From Rhynchobatus australiae (lineage: Eukaryota), in the NCBI GenBank assembly GCA_034780895.1, contig JAUZTB010000001.1:64678048-64742047 (forward strand): a stretch of 64,000 bases of DNA, written 5' to 3'. The notes below the pieces were generated by a model. The model was not told the origin of the DNA, ran no database searches, and worked only from the letters and a program-made list of their open reading frames with translations. Positions 1-13,779 of this stretch are shown here, in pieces; position 1 is the first letter of the stretch; the number at the start of each line of letters is the position of its first letter. Both the position numbers and the translations under genes were made by a program.

Positions 1-110
1 TCCCCTTTTTCCTATCTTCAGTCCTGAAGAAGAGTCCTGACCTGAAAAAATTTACCATCTGCTTTTCTTCATGGATGCTGCCTAGCCTGCTGAATTCCTC
101 CAGCATCATA
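1..110 (+). mobile_element. 3' terminal fragment of a Penelope-like element with degenerate hammerhead motif
   Basis: cagtc-ctgaaga-a-gagtcctgacct-gaaa followed by gatgctgcctagcctgctgaattcctccagca, the same tail as copies linked to GIY-YIG remnants elsewhere in the window. Confidence 0.65.
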
Positions 111-149
111 ATATTTTACATCTTAGTTCCCCTTAATATCTTGAAAACA

Positions 150-1240
150 AGTCAAATTTGTCTTCCAAACTCCAGGAATGCAATCCTATTTTGCAGTTTA
201 AACCTTTGAGATGGTTATCATTCTGGGCACTCTCTCTTCAAGGCCATTATATCCTTTGGAAGGTATGGCGCCCAGAAGCATGCACAATACTCCCAACTAA
301 TTCCAGGGCTGTGTATTGCTGCAGAGTAAGTTGCCCACCCATACCACCAGTCTGTCCACAACCACAACTCCCCCTCCCCCAGCTCAGACTGTTGTCACTG
401 GTCCTCTAGAAATAAAAGCCAGCTTATGACTCACCAACAAAATACAAAGATCATTAGAACACAGTTTCCCTTCACCATTTAGCAAGTACTCTGTTTTATC
501 CTTTTTAAGTCCAAATTGAATGACTTGGTGGCGTTTGCATAAATTGTAAAGCATTTGCACGGCCTAGCCCCTTCACTTCCTATATTAATATTTTGTAATT
601 TAATGCTTCCATTTATACTGCTTAGATTGCCACCCATCTTTGTGTTTCGTTATGAGATTTCACATCCCATGATTTTACTAATTTATAAATATGGTGAATG
701 GATGCAACCTTCTCACAGATCCTTATGGAACAGAACTAGTCACATCCTGTTAACTTGAGTGCCTGCCCACTTCCCTCCATTTGTTTCCTGCCACTCAGCC
801 AGTTTCCTATCCAGGCGGATAAATTGGGTTTTCTTCCATGAATTTCGATTTTCACTAACACTTCCTTATGAGAGGTTATCAAATGCTTCACGTCCATATA
901 TAGGGCATATAAAGACATTACCTTGGTGTACTGATTTTAAAAAAAATCTCCTTTGTCAGACATGTTAGTTCTATCTGATCAACTGAAAATTATCAAGATT
1001 TTTAGCCTTGATTATAGACTTGAGCAACCTAGGGCCAACAGAAGTTAAACTAACTGTTTCACAGTTTACTGGTTTCCCTCTCACCTTTCTTGAATAGCAA
1101 TGTAAGCAATTATCCAATACAAAAGAATGTTTCTTAAATTGAGAGGATTTTGAAAGATAGGGCATGTTTTTCTCCAGTTTCCTTTAAAACTGGAAACTAT
1201 CAGTAATATAGGATTTTCATCCCTTAATGATACTTATTAG
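150..1240 (-). mobile_element. Decayed CR1-type LINE, RT region
   Basis: Minus-strand ORF pieces KPVNCETVSLTSVG (cf. PGNYRPVSLTSVVG) and KIEIHG...AWIGNWLSGRKQ resemble CR1 ORF2. Confidence 0.75.
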
Positions 1241-1955
1241 TTATTCTGCTTATTGTTGAGTTTCTGACCCTTAATCAATATTAGTCCCCTCAGAATGACT
1301 GGAATGCTATTAATCTCTTGTGTGCAAATTTCTACTGTATGTTGACTGTGGAAATTGAATGTACTGGTAAACAAGTACATTTTGTATAAATAGAATAGTA
1401 GTTAGATTATTAGTAATGCTTACATACAGAAAATAGATTACTAAATGCGCATAATTGAGAATCTAATTACTGGTCTACTTTTTCTTTTTTTAAAGAAGGG
1501 CTACAGTACAAAATAATGTTTCATTAAATACAATTTTTAAAAAAATCTATTAAATGATTTTTCAGCTCAAACATAGATATGCTACCATTAATACCTTTCT
1601 CTGAAATGCATTAACCACTGGCGAATAAATTGATTGATATAGACCTTGCTGAATACCTCCTGAGTCAAGCACATGTGGCTTATTTTACTTAGTGTGTAAG
1701 GAGCTTTGAAAAAATTTAGTTTGTGAAAGTAACTTCATTACTGAATTACACCAATTCATTATTTTTCAATATGTCATGGTTACTCACTCTTTTAAAAATG
1801 AATTTTATTCTTGGGAAAATGTTTCAACACAGTCTTTCTTCTCTTGAAAAATTCTTAATGAAATAAAAGGGGAAAGCTGCTCCGTCTTGAGTGAAATGAC
1901 TCACTCGTTTTCGATTAAAGGCAAAGAGCTTCCAAGATAGTAGATATCTTATTAA

Positions 1956-2165
1956 GGGTTGCACAGTTTCACAGTGGTAGTGCTGCTGCTTCACTATTCT
2001 GATGACCTGTCTTTGTTTCTGACCTCCAGGCTGTCTCTGTGGAGTTTGCATGTTCTCCCTGTGACTGCATGACTTTCCCCTAGGTGCTCCAGCTTCCTCC
2101 CACTGCTGGTTAATTGGCCACATCAATTATACCTAGTGTGAATGGGTGGTAGGAGAATTAGAGTT
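1956..2165 (+). mobile_element. tRNA-derived V-SINE (HE1-like)
   Basis: A-box-like head followed by the V-domain core tgtggagtttgcatgttctccctgtg...ggtgctccagcttcctccca. Confidence 0.8.
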
Positions 2166-2489
2166 GACCTTGCTGTGATTGGCAAAAAAGACAATTCTGA
2201 TGGCAGGTCATTGACCTGAAACATTAACTGCTTCTAACCACATTGATGTAACTCCTTTAACAAAACAAGGTCTTTTGCGAGACATTATTGAGCAAATATG
2301 ATTCCAAGCCATATAAGGAGACATAACCAAAGGTTTGGTCAAAATGCTACATTTTAGAGTGTTTTAAAAGAGGAATGAGGTTTTCAGGTGAAATTTCTGA
2401 GCTTGTCTTGACATCTGAAGAGACAGCTATCACAAATGGAGTGATTAAATTTGGGAAAAGGAAGAATTAAGAATTGGAGAAGCTCAGGT

Positions 2490-3050
2490 ACACCAGGAGT
2501 AAAACAGAAAATGCTGGGAACACTCAGCGGGTCAGGCAGCATCTGGAAAAATAAACATTTCATGTCCGGGACCCTTCATCAGAAGAGAGAAAGAGAAAAG
2601 AAGTTCATTCATTGGGAAGATTGGGTACAACAACAAAGGGAATATTTCTGATGGAATGAGACCAAATGAATTAATGTAACAGTTAGAAGCAGACTTGTGT
2701 TTCTTTTTTGTGTACAATATGTTAACAGCAAGACTATGGGACATTACTAGGAAGGCACTCTGTACTAGTGGGAAAAATAAAAACTGAGACAAAATTATGA
2801 CAGGTAGAAATGGCCAGTTCCAATACTAACAAAGAGAGGGGAGTTACCTAGAGTTGGAGAATTCAATATCTAGTCTGGAAAGCCACTAAGTGCTCTAATG
2901 GAAGTCTTGTTCCTCAACCTTCATCTGATCAGCTTTAGTGCAACAGCGCAGGAGGCCACAAACAGGTCAGAATGGGAGTGGAAAAGGGAATAGGGAAAGA
3001 GAAAATAGAATATGATTGTCTTCACCAGGACAAGTTGAATGAGGTTTGAA
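2490..3050 (-). mobile_element. Penelope-like element 3' fragment (GIY-YIG C-terminus remnant plus hammerhead-bearing tail)
   Basis: Reverse strand reads FHSHSDLFVASC and later IEFSN-like sequence, then ctgatga-agggtcccggacat-gaaa and gatgctgcctgacccgctgagtgttcccagca. Confidence 0.75.
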
Positions 3051-3994
3051 ACATTACTGAACTGAGTATTACAGTTTACATGTGGATATAGAATGAAATT
3101 GCTTATCCATGAATAGTTCAAGTTTTCAGCCTCAGTAAATNNNNNNNGAAAATGTTTGACCTTGACTGTATAATGAGTATACAGCTACATGTATTATTTG
3201 CAGTCCTTTGAGCGATTGCAGTGCTGGTTTCATGCATCTTGAGTCCAGGGGAAGCTCTTTTGAAAGGAACAAGGTATCACAAGGAATAGCTTTCCTGTTC
3301 CTTTTATAATTATAAAATCCTTTGTTGGATACAAAGCAATCTGGGATGTCCTGAGGCTGTTGAAGGAAATGCAATAATTTTAAATGGTAAAGTTTTAATA
3401 ACTGTGGGCATTTATGGCTAGTTCAGCATTTACTACCCATTGCTAATTAGCCCTTGAAGCAATTGCCTTGCTGGGTCATTTCAAAAGACAGTCAAGCAGT
3501 TGCTTAAATGCCCTACAGTGATCACTGATGCATTTGCCTTGCATATAGGGAGTCTTGAGCAATGACTTGGGAAATTTAAGGTGCTGCTTTTAAATTTAGT
3601 TATCCATCCCTGAAGAATTAGTTTGTATTTATTGTCACTACTTTAATCCAAGACTACAGAACACAGTTTTAAAGTATTGATATACTAGATATTTTAGCAA
3701 GTAACAATCATCCAACTTGAGTAAATATGGCAAGTAGGACCAAAGCCAGAATAAAGTGACTTTTTTCCCCCCCATTTTCTTTTGCCTGACTTGCTCAGCT
3801 AAGGTATAATTACACCCCAGTCTACGTAATTGAAAAAGGCCATAATTCATATGTAAACCTCAAGAATGTAAATATCTACAAGCAATTCAGTGGAGCATAA
3901 CTGCTGAACCTGTCACCAGTCAATATTGTAGATATCCCTTCCAACAGCAGTTTCTGGAAAGAATTCTGGAGCAGAAACTACATGATATTTCTTT

Positions 3995-4138
3995 TGATTG
4001 TTAGATTTTTAGATATTAAGGGATTAGTGCAGGGCAGGTGGTGCTTAGGTAACAGATCAACCTTGATCTTAATGAATGGCAGAGTAAGCACAAGAGGCCG
4101 AATGGCCTGCACCTCTTCTGTTTCTTATGTTCTGTGTT
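3995..4138 (+). mobile_element. CR1/HER1-type 3' tail
   Basis: ...tgaatggcagagtaagcacaagaggccgaatggcctgcacct...ttcttatgttctgtgtt, a typical CR1 3' hairpin plus short terminal repeat. Confidence 0.7.
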
Positions 4139-4725
4139 TATTCTTTCCTTATTGTGGATGGGTTAGCAATCAAGAGGATGAAACGTGTCCTGGACTTCAC
4201 TTCCTAAAAGAGGGGTGGTAAATAATTTGGTTGAAATTTTCAAAGGGAATTGGATAACTTAAGAGGAGAAACAGAGCTATAAGAAAAGAGTAGAGTGAGG
4301 GGAGGTGGGATAGGTTTGATTGGCTGAATGGCCTGCATTAGGCTGCACAGCTCTTTGATATTGATATGGGCATTGAAGTATTCTATTAGAATGATCAATT
4401 AAAATCAATTAACATAGCAATCCTTAGGAATTAAATGGCGAACCATCTGCTCTGGTGNNNNNNNNNNTATGTGTTCAGAAGAGTAGTTAGGAACTGTGAT
4501 TTGTCCAATATTTGTTACCTTTGTGATAAAGTTGCAATTTTTGTGAAATTTCAAAATAAATTACATCTGGTTTGGCATGTTTGATGGTTATAATAACTTT
4601 TAATTGACACGCCAGGTGGTATTTTGTCCATTAATCGAGGATTTATATGTAATTCAACCAGCTGCTCTGCCCCATTTTACAGGAATTTTAATCTGATTCT
4701 CTCCCATGGTTTCTTTTCATTGCAG

Positions 4726-4847
4726 AAAAACCCAACATGGTTCCTTAGACCAGAGTTCTCCACCTCAAAGCAGCATGTCTGCCTCATACAATCAAACAGT
4801 CCTAGGGATGTATGATCCCAAAGATGACTTCCCACTCAGAAAAACAG
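4726..4847 (+). CDS. HDAC4: HDAC4 internal coding exon ([40 protein letters not shown])
   Basis: Acceptor ttcttttcattgcag| and donor |gtaatg; 122 nt. Translation matches recalled human HDAC4 [16 protein letters not shown]...[15 protein letters not shown]. Ends in phase 1, matching the next exon. Confidence 0.96.
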
Positions 4848-6689
4848 GTAATGTTGTATTGAAGTGCAAAATTTTATAAAGCAAGTCAAATTTACTTGTG
4901 TATCATGTTTTATTTTTGGAAGCAAAGCTTTCTTCCTGCATCAGGGATATTTTCCTATTTTGTTTTTGTTGGAATGTTTTGGTTTAGCTCGAGACAGGGG
5001 GTTCAGCAGTAACTGACTAGAAGTACAAGCATAAGCACAAATACTGTCACTTCAGTAAAGTGCAGACAGAACTGACATCAGAGGTTTTGGATAAAATGTT
5101 AAACTGGGGTCACATTAGCAATTGTTACTCAATTTTGTCCTTCAAGTGCTTTATTGCTCATGTGGTTGACCTATACAGTCCTGACTTAAAGAAGGCACCT
5201 CTTGATTGCAGCAAGTTGCGTTTGCATCTGCTATTTAATTACTGGCCTTAATTTTATTGGAATAATAATTCTTAGCAAAAGCTGATCTCCTTCATAAAAT
5301 TAGCCACCTTGTCAACTGTTTATTTCAAATGACCTTGACTCATTGGTTCAGGTTTTAAATGTTTATGCTGAGGAATGTGGTATAGTCCTTTGTTCCTCCT
5401 TACTTAATTTATAATAAGATATGTTTATAATATGTAAAAGTGACTTCCTGTAGTATATGGATTCTAAGACTAGACTAGTAATATGGAAGCCTGGATTAAT
5501 CATACAGAAAATGGGAATTCAAATCCAATTAGATTGTTTCAAAAATTTGAATAATTTTATTTTTAAAAGTCAAGAGAAAAGATGGCACCATGAGTTATTT
5601 TTCTCCTTCATAAAAAAACCCAACTTCACTGCTTTACTAGTAAGCTTCAGCAGAAGGTTCCCAGCACTGTTGTCCCACAGCAGCCAACAAGCCGCTTCAT
5701 TACACTACCAATTTCTCAGAGCGACTGGGCAATTGCTGCTTTGTAATAAAGAATTGAAAGCAACTATTGAAAATGAATTTTACAAATCTTTTGAAAGTAT
5801 TACACCATTTCCCATCATAACTTGAGTACAGTTACCAATTAAAGTGGGCCATTCTTCTAGTAAGCTCTTAGCAGTATGCACTGCAAGATGTTAAAAATTG
5901 CATTGATTTTGTTGTATTTCTGCATTTTGACCTTTTGCATGACCATAACTAGATGGCAGAAAAGCACAGGTCCTGTATCTCTTGGTGAAAAGTTTGAAAG
6001 GAGGATGATTTATTAATACTATTGAGACTTGAAGCATGGACAGATTATCCTTGCTCTGAACTGTAGTATAAAACACCTGGACCACAAAAGGACAAATCCA
6101 ATCTGCTAAATCCTACTTCATTAGCCTGCGCTCGATCATTAGTAAAGTGATGTCAATGCTGGTATCAATCAGCACTTACTCATCTGTTCATCAGTGTTCA
6201 ATTTGGCTTCCATATGGACCCTTTTAAAACCAAATTCCTGGAGTGAGATGATTCTCAGTATGCTTGAAATCAAGGAGGCCTATGATAGTGTTACACCAGG
6301 AAAGCAGAATCAATTTATTGTCACTTCCATATACACTTACAGCATGCATGGGAGTGAAATACCATACTCCACAGATCAAGGTGCTGGTCACATTAAAGAC
6401 AATAAGAGACACANNNNNNNNNNNNNNNNNNNNNNNNNNNNNNNNNNNNNNNNNNNNNNNAGGTGTGGTTTGATGGGCGGTACAACATGGTGGGCCGAAG
6501 GGCTTGTATTGTGTTGTATTGTTCTATGGTTAAGCTAATCTAGGTAACAGAGAAGTTGGGGGGGGGGCATGGGTGGAACAAAGGGAATTTCTGTGATTGG
6601 GGGAAAATGCTAATACATTGAAGTCTATGTTATGTTGTATAGTCTGGCTAGAACATACAAATGAAAGTAAAAAGGAACGGCAGCCTAAA

Positions 6690-7143
6690 ACATCATTTGT
6701 TCCCTGCACCTCTGCTCTACCCCTTCTCCTCCTGAATAGAACAACAGCAGAGATCCTCTGGTTCTCACCTTCCACCTCACCAGCCTCTGCAATCAAAAGA
6801 TCATCCTTAGGAATTTCTGCCAGCCCCACTGAGATTCCATAACTCTCTTTTCAGCATTATTTGCTCTTCTGCCCAAGCTTACTGCTACCCATTGTGTGGC
6901 ACTTTCCTTTGCAATATCCAACCTTTCATCTCTTCTCTTCCCATCACCCAAGGTCCCAAATAGTCTTTCCAATTAAGGCAGAGGTTCACTTCTTTCTTCC
7001 AATCTGGTGAACTGCATTAGGTGTTTACAACTCCCCTCTTCATTTTTTTTCCCCTTCTTTTGTATATTCTGGCCTGAAACACTAATTTGTTCTGTCTCCC
7101 TCTCTCTGTCTTTTCAGGTTCCAGCATCTGGAGTTTTTGCTTA
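6690..7143 (+). mobile_element. Penelope-like element internal fragment (RT-EN linker and start of GIY-YIG)
   Basis: Frames give PLVLTFHLTSL...IILRNF and QGPK*SFQLRQRFT...NLVNCIRC, resembling vertebrate PLE ORFs; ends in a ccagcatctggagtttttgc tail. Confidence 0.65.
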
Positions 7144-7149
7144 TTGACC

Positions 7150-9620
7150 TCTATTTATAATTCCCAGGATCATGATTATATTTTTAACTACTTTGTCAAT
7201 TTCAACAAACTATGCACATATACCCACAGATCTTTCTGTCCTTGTCTCCCTTTAGGATTGTACCCACTGGTATCTATTGCATCTTCTCATTCTTTCAGTC
7301 TAGATATAACATCCTCAGCACTAGGTTTCATCTGCCACCTAAGCTCTCATGCTATCAGTCTGATTATATCTTGGTGAGGTCTATACCAGAGATGCTTATT
7401 GTCCCTCTGTTTTCTCTCATTTTCAGATTTCACAATAATGCCTATTTATACAGCCAAGTAAATAACATATCAAGTGAAGCTGTGGTCCTAGTACCAACAG
7501 AGGCAAACTCCATTGAATGTTCCCTTCCAGTATGGAAAAATAACCTTTCATTTTTGTACTCTGGTTCTTGTTATTTGGACTATTTTTTATTGGTGCTGTT
7601 ACAGTACTTTTTCTTCCATTGGCTTCACTGTTGATGGCTATCCTCTTGTGTGCCATCTTTTCAAACTCCTTTTCTAAGCCCACATATACCACCTGAACTA
7701 CATTTCCCCCNNNNNNNNNNNNNNNNNNNNNNNNNNNNNNNNNNNNNNNNNNNNNNNNNNNNNNNNNNNNNNNNNNNNNNNNNNNNNNNNNNNNNNNNNN
7801 NNNNNNNNNNCCCCCCCCCCCCCCCATTTCTTCATCAAAAAATTATCAAGTTACTGTAACTAGTCACATCTATCCAACTGCTACTTCTGCTAACTTTTTC
7901 CCTGATCAATGCTTCTTGAACTGACTGGTCTGCAGTTTTTGAAAACCAAAAAAAACCTGCAGATACTGGAAATGTGAACATGCCACCTAACGTGCTGAAT
8001 ATTTCCTGCATTTTCAGTTTTGAGTTCTTGCCTATAATTAGTAGCTTATCCCTAAACCCTTATTGGTAAAGGGGTGTAACATATGTAGTTTTCTCATCCT
8101 CAGGTGCTTCCCCCTCAATCCTTAAATGTTTTGAGAGATTATGACTAAAGCATTTGCAATTTCCTCTCTTTGCAATTTCCTCTCTTTACAATTTCCCTCC
8201 TTTCCACTCTCCACCTCCAAGGATGCATTCAATCTTCACCAGGTGATCTATCTGCCAAGTACAGCTGGCCTTTGTATTACCTCTTTAAATAAAAATACAT
8301 ATAGTCTGTCCAGGATCTCGGTAATATCTTCCTTTGCTGAGATTACAGGAGTATCTTCCTGATGAAGACTGAAAGAACTCATTTATTATCTTTGCCCGTA
8401 TGAGTAGACTTCCATTTTTGGTCTCTAATTGGACCCATCTCTCCCCTTACAAATCTCTTCTTATTTACCAGCCTATAGAATATTTTCAGTTTCCTTTTAT
8501 GTTTGTTTTTTTTAATTATCTTTTGTCTCTTTGCTTTCATATCCTTTTTCCCTCTGAGCTTTCTGTGATTGTGCATAATCTCACGTGCGTTACATCTTGG
8601 CATCACTGCTCTTTTTTAATGTACTATTTTTCTCTCTGGCCATCTATGGAGCTCCAGCTGTAATTTTCCTTTCTCTCTATGGGAATGCACCTATACTGTA
8701 GTTAAAACATCTCTACTTATAGGCCTCCCATCATTCCCTTACAGTTTTGCTTGTCGTGTATTGACTTTGTTTTATCCAGGCCAGATCTGTTCTCATACCA
8801 TTGCACTTTCCCCAGTTGACTGTTTTTACCTTGTTTCATTTTTTCCATAACTGTATTAAACATAATATGATCATTGTTACCTACATCCTCTCAATGATAC
8901 TTATTGACCTGCTAATTTCTTGAAACCAAATCCTGCAATGCCAGCTTCCTTGCTAGGCTAGAAATATCTTAATCAGGAAAGTTTTCCTGAACATATTTCA
9001 GGATAATTCTAAACAGATAAATACTGCCCTTGATTGTTTTTGGATGTTTCTCAGGGTACTGCAGTATTCTCCTTCATCAATACTGCCACCTGCCCCCACT
9101 CCCTCTTTTCCTTCTTTCCCTATCATTTCTATACAACTTGTATCCAGGCATACTTCAAAATCATGCCTGACATTTTATTTAATCCAAGTTTCCGATATTG
9201 CCACATTATAATTCCTCATGGTCAATTGTGCCTGCAGCTCACGAACCTTGTTTAACAGTCGTCATACATTTGCACAGATGCATTGTTAACCTATCTCAGA
9301 TCTTGTACTCTCTCTGTCTTGTCCTAAAAACTTACTATTTTTTTCAGCATTATTTATCTCTTCCTGTTGTTCATTGATTTTATTTTTGCCTTGATAGTGC
9401 TATCTTTCTGTCCCCTTCCCCTTGCCAAATTAGTTTAAATTTCATTCCAAAGCACCACCTGATCTTGTGAGTGCATTGATCTCAGAGGTTTCAGCCTGGA
9501 CAGATCTCAGATACCCCATAATGTGTCTCAAAGCATCAAGAATGTACATCTATTCCTCTTGCATCATCTCTAAAGCTATGCATATATCTGTGCTATCCTC
9601 TACTTTTACACTCGTTATTG
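7150..9620 (-). mobile_element. Fragmented CR1-type LINE (RT, EN-RT linker, ORF1/ORF2 junction)
   Basis: Minus-strand pieces LVLGPQL (7423-7827 ORF) and KIFYRLVNKKR...MGPIRDQK (8379-8606 ORF); junction-like ccccttgccaaattagtttaaa near 9420. Confidence 0.7.
8153..8200. repeat. 16-bp tandem repeat x3 (tttgcaatttcctctc)
   Basis: Two exact copies and one diverged copy, seen directly. Confidence 0.85.
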
Positions 9621-10049
9621 GTTCCCTCACTGTTTATTAGTTTATGGCAATTTTAGACTTTATCGACATTCTTGATTTCCAGTGTGTTCAACTCCAAGGG
9701 TCCTTATTTGGGCTAATATTATTCTGTGGATTTAGATGAAGAATATACACTTAAGCCAATAAAAAGGAAGCCACTTGTCCCATAGGTCAGGTCTGAATTT
9801 GGTTGCCAGATCTCAGATGAACAAGAACATTGCGCTCATTCACTGCACAAGATGGGCCACCTTATTGGGTTTAAAAACAATGTGTGTTTTGTAGTGTATT
9901 GAAAGCATCATTGTGTTGAAAACATTGAAAATTAAATGTTGTAGGCAGATGTGTTTTAATTATAATTCATCTTTCCCTCTAACGTAATGTTGAGTTGATA
10001 GCAGAGAATTATGCACATCACAAACTGGACCTGTTTTAATCCACATTGG

Positions 10050-10415
10050 GGTCTATTTCTGTTCAAGTCTACTCTAGATATTCCAGCACAAAAATATCTT
10101 CTGACATACCAGTGCATTAACAAGGAAGTGCTGTGCTGTTGACAGTGCAATTTGAGACATTAAACTGCATGCCCTTTTGCTTCTTCAGTTGGACATAAAA
10201 GATCCCATGGCAATATTTTGAAGTTATCCCTGGTTAATACTTGTAGCCCAATTGACATAACTGAAATACATTGCAGTTTATGAGATGTTTCTGTGTGCAA
10301 ATTTGATGCCTAGTTTCCAACATTGCAACAATCGCTGCTTCATTATTTCGTTCTTTGTAAAAATGCTATGGGACATCCTGAAGTAATACATAAATGCTAC
10401 CTGAATGTAGTTCTG
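10050..10415 (+). mobile_element. Deu-domain SINE (SacSINE1/AmnSINE1-like)
   Basis: ccagtgcattaacaaggaagtgctg...gagacattaaac...tggacataaaagatcccatggcaatattttgaag matches the recalled Deu core; tail gggacatcctgaag. Confidence 0.7.
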
Positions 10416-10504
10416 TCCTTTGGTTATATCCCTTATCATTTGATTACTTCACACATTTGGCTTGTATTTCAGAATATCATCAGTGAAGAGCAAAGCCTAA
10501 TTGT

Positions 10505-11450
10505 GAAAATCAAAAAATCTGCAGATGCCAAAATAAAAACATAACAGGCTGGAAACACTCAGCAGGTCAAGCAGGATCTGTGGAAAGAGAAACAGAGTTA
10601 ATATTTAATGTCAAAGGCCCTTTGTTAGAACTGGGAAAGAGAAAAAACAAATTAACTTTAAGTTGCATTAAAGGTGAGAGAGAGTTGGACAGAACAAAGG
10701 GAATATCTCTCGTAGAGCAAGGTTAGAATTGCCATGGGCATGTTCTTGATATAATCTGGTTGATAAATTAATGAGGGCAGTTGGAGCGAAGTAACACAAA
10801 TCAAGAAACTCAAAAAATTGAGACGAGAAAATACAAAAATGAGAAATACAGAGCAATGGGAAATTTCAAACAGGTCAGGCCAGGTTACTGGAGAGAGAAA
10901 AGCTGAACCAATGTCACAGATGGATGACCTACACCAGAGCTAGCCAGTTCTGATACAGATAGAGAAAGTGAGTTACTTAAAGTTGTTAAATTCAATATGG
11001 AATCTGGAAAGTTGCAATGTGGCCAGACAGAAAATGAGGTGCTTATACTAGGGCTTGTTATAACAGTGCAGGAGACGATAAGCAGGCAGATCAAAATGGA
11101 GTGGAGGATTAAAGAGACAGTCAAGAAGGAAGCCTGCGGTAACCTATGTCGATGGAATTGGGGTGCTCTTCAAGGCATTTGCGTTCTCCAGTGTAATGGA
11201 GACTACATTGTGAGCACTGAATGCAGTACACTAGATTGGAAGAAGTGCTTCTTCACCTGGAAGAACTGTTTGGGTATCTGGATGGTGTAAAGAGATGAGA
11301 TAAAAGGCCTGATGTTGCATTTCCTATGATTGCATGGAAATGGTAGAGATAGGGCGAGGGAATTACAAAAGGAACAGTCCCTTTTGTACTGCTGAAAGCG
11401 GAGGGGAAGGTGTGTCTGGCAGTGGAATCATTTTGTAAACGGCAGAAAAT
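10505..11450 (-). mobile_element. Penelope-like element, decayed Cys-rich linker/GIY-YIG region and 3' tail
   Basis: Reverse strand near 11240-11343 reads PFPCNHRKCNIRPFISSLYTIQIPKQFFQVKKHF (cf. FPCNRRRCNTCPF...QGPKQSFQV); PLE-type tail at 10510-10630. Confidence 0.75.
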
Positions 11451-12417
11451 AGTCTAATTATGGATGTTTTATGGCATTAGTAGCTTCTGTTATTTTCATT
11501 ACATCACCAGTTTGGCTACAATTCAGACTTTCTTAAAATGGAGGCTCTGGATTTGTTTTAAGTGCACTGAAGTTGAATTTTCAAAACAGACCTCCATTTG
11601 GTCAAAGCCACCAATATGGTGCTAGGTGGAACCTTCCTTTCACTGAAAATATCTGCAAATTTATGCCAATAACACACAAGGAATGAAATACATCTTTGGA
11701 GCAAATTGCAAAATAGCAACACATGAGAAAGGCTTCATGTGGGTGGGATGCAGGACTAGTGATCTTGGAGCTCAATATATTGAATTATGCTGAGNNNNNN
11801 NNNNNNNNNNNNNNCACTTTATTAAATGTGCATACCATTCTGTTTAAGCTTGGTTGGCAAAAATGCAAAACAAAAGTTGATTAACTCATGTTATTTTATC
11901 TTTTCCCTTGCTTTTTAAGTTGTGCTTTTAAGTCTTCAAATGATGAAAAAGCAAAGCATAAATAGGAGTAATTCACTGCATTGCATGAATGTAATTTTAA
12001 AATAGTATTTTTTTCCTTTGTATGCTTGGCTGTTATGATTAGATGGTAACATAATCCCAATTTGTAAACCTTGTATCTTGTACAGCTCTCAGTCCCAAAG
12101 TGACATTCATTGGTGAAGTGAACCCTTAATCCTGGCACTGAACCAATTTGGTCTACGTTTTGTAAAGGGGTTGGCATGCCAGAATCCAGAACACACAAAA
12201 TTAATGCTGTTGATTAGTTGATCATTTTTGAAGCTGGAATAAAAGACCAGATGAAATTTCTAATGGTGTCCTTTCTTCAAATATAGCTGGCAGTAGTATG
12301 TACATGTGAGTGAATTGAATACAATAAAGCAAGGGAATGTTAAGTGGAAAAATAATTTCTATAGTCTTTCAATTGCCTGCCTAAGTTAATGTGGCTACAC
12401 TGAAATATGCACTATAC

Positions 12418-12947
12418 CATTAAACTGACAGCAGCATCAATGATCAAATGCTGCAAATTCCAGTTATTTTAACTCCTTCGAGTTGAAGTTGCATACGTCC
12501 AAACCAGCATGGGTGCCAATAAAGTTGTTTGACCATGCCTGTAATCTGGCAGAATAGCCAACGCAAAGTCTTGTTGTATAAGTAATCTTGTTGTATATGG
12601 AAATCTACTAGTTAAAAATCAAAAAAATATTTTAAGTACTTTTATTTATTATACAAGACTTTGTATTGGCTGTTCTGCCAGATTACAGGCATGATCAAAC
12701 AACTTTATTGGAACCCATTCTGGTTTGGACGTATGCANNNNNNNNNNNNNNNNNNNNNNNNNNNNNNNNNNNNNNNNNNNNNNNNNNNNNNNNNNNNNNN
12801 NNNNNNNNNNNNNNNNNNNNNNNNNNNNNNNNNNNNNACAGGCATGATCAAACAACTTTATTGGCACCCATTCTGGTTTGGACGTATGCAACTTCAACTC
12901 AAATGTATCTGCAGCACTTCATCATTAATGCTGTTATCAGTTTATTG
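12418..12947. repeat. Long inverted (fold-back) repeat, probable MITE
   Basis: 12480-12574 is the reverse complement of 12653-12737/12838-12900 with few mismatches; more diverged outer arms 12418-12458 and 12907-12947. Confidence 0.85.
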
Positions 12948-13779
12948 TTCCATACCAATTTCTTTCCACTTTTTGGATCTATGAAATTTAGAAATGTTAT
13001 GCTCCATCTTGCTGGGCCTGAAGTTTTTTTTAGAGCATGGTGTGTTCTTGTCTCTATCAGTAATTTCTCTGTTAAATAAAATATGCAACTTCATCCTGAT
13101 TTTTATCAGAGCTCTTCCCAATGCAGGAGACGTGCTAATGTCTTTTTAAAAATAATGGTAATCATATTTTGAAGAGAGGCGTACATTTAAGGTGAAGTGA
13201 GAGATCTTATCATAGACAGCACAGACAAGAGAATCCTCATCTAGGGGAAACATTATCCCTACATCTACCTTGTCAAACCAAAAAAGATTTTTGTATGTTT
13301 CATTGAGGTGACCTGTCCTAAGTACTTTACAGGCCCCATCTGTTTAAACTCTCTGACAGCAAACATGGCATCCTAGGAATCAATCTGGTGAATTAGTAAA
13401 GAATTAACAAAAACAGCATTTTAAAACTCCCTTCTCCAGTAGCATATATTCAACTAAAAGGAATATAAAGCTTAGTGAAGCTTTCTGAGATGTATCCAGT
13501 ATTACCTCGCATCTTTCTCTCCTGCAAAATATGTCCTGCTTTTTTAAACTTGCAGACAAACNNNNNNNNNNNNNNNNNNNNNNNNNNNNNNGGCAAGGAG
13601 GGATGGGCGGTATTACTGGTAGATTCAAAATGGAGTTGTATATTTTGCTAGAATCATTCCCTGTTGCAAATATATCCTTCCTTGATTAAGAAGATCAGAC
13701 CTATAGACAGTATTCCAGATGTGCTCTCACATGGGTCTTGTAAGATTGGAACAGGAAGTCTCTGCTATTTTACTCCAGA

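Noticed and set aside
1956-2030. tRNA-like sequence (also near 60059 and 14222)
   Set aside because: Degenerate SINE heads continuing into V or Deu domains; no complete cloverleaf.
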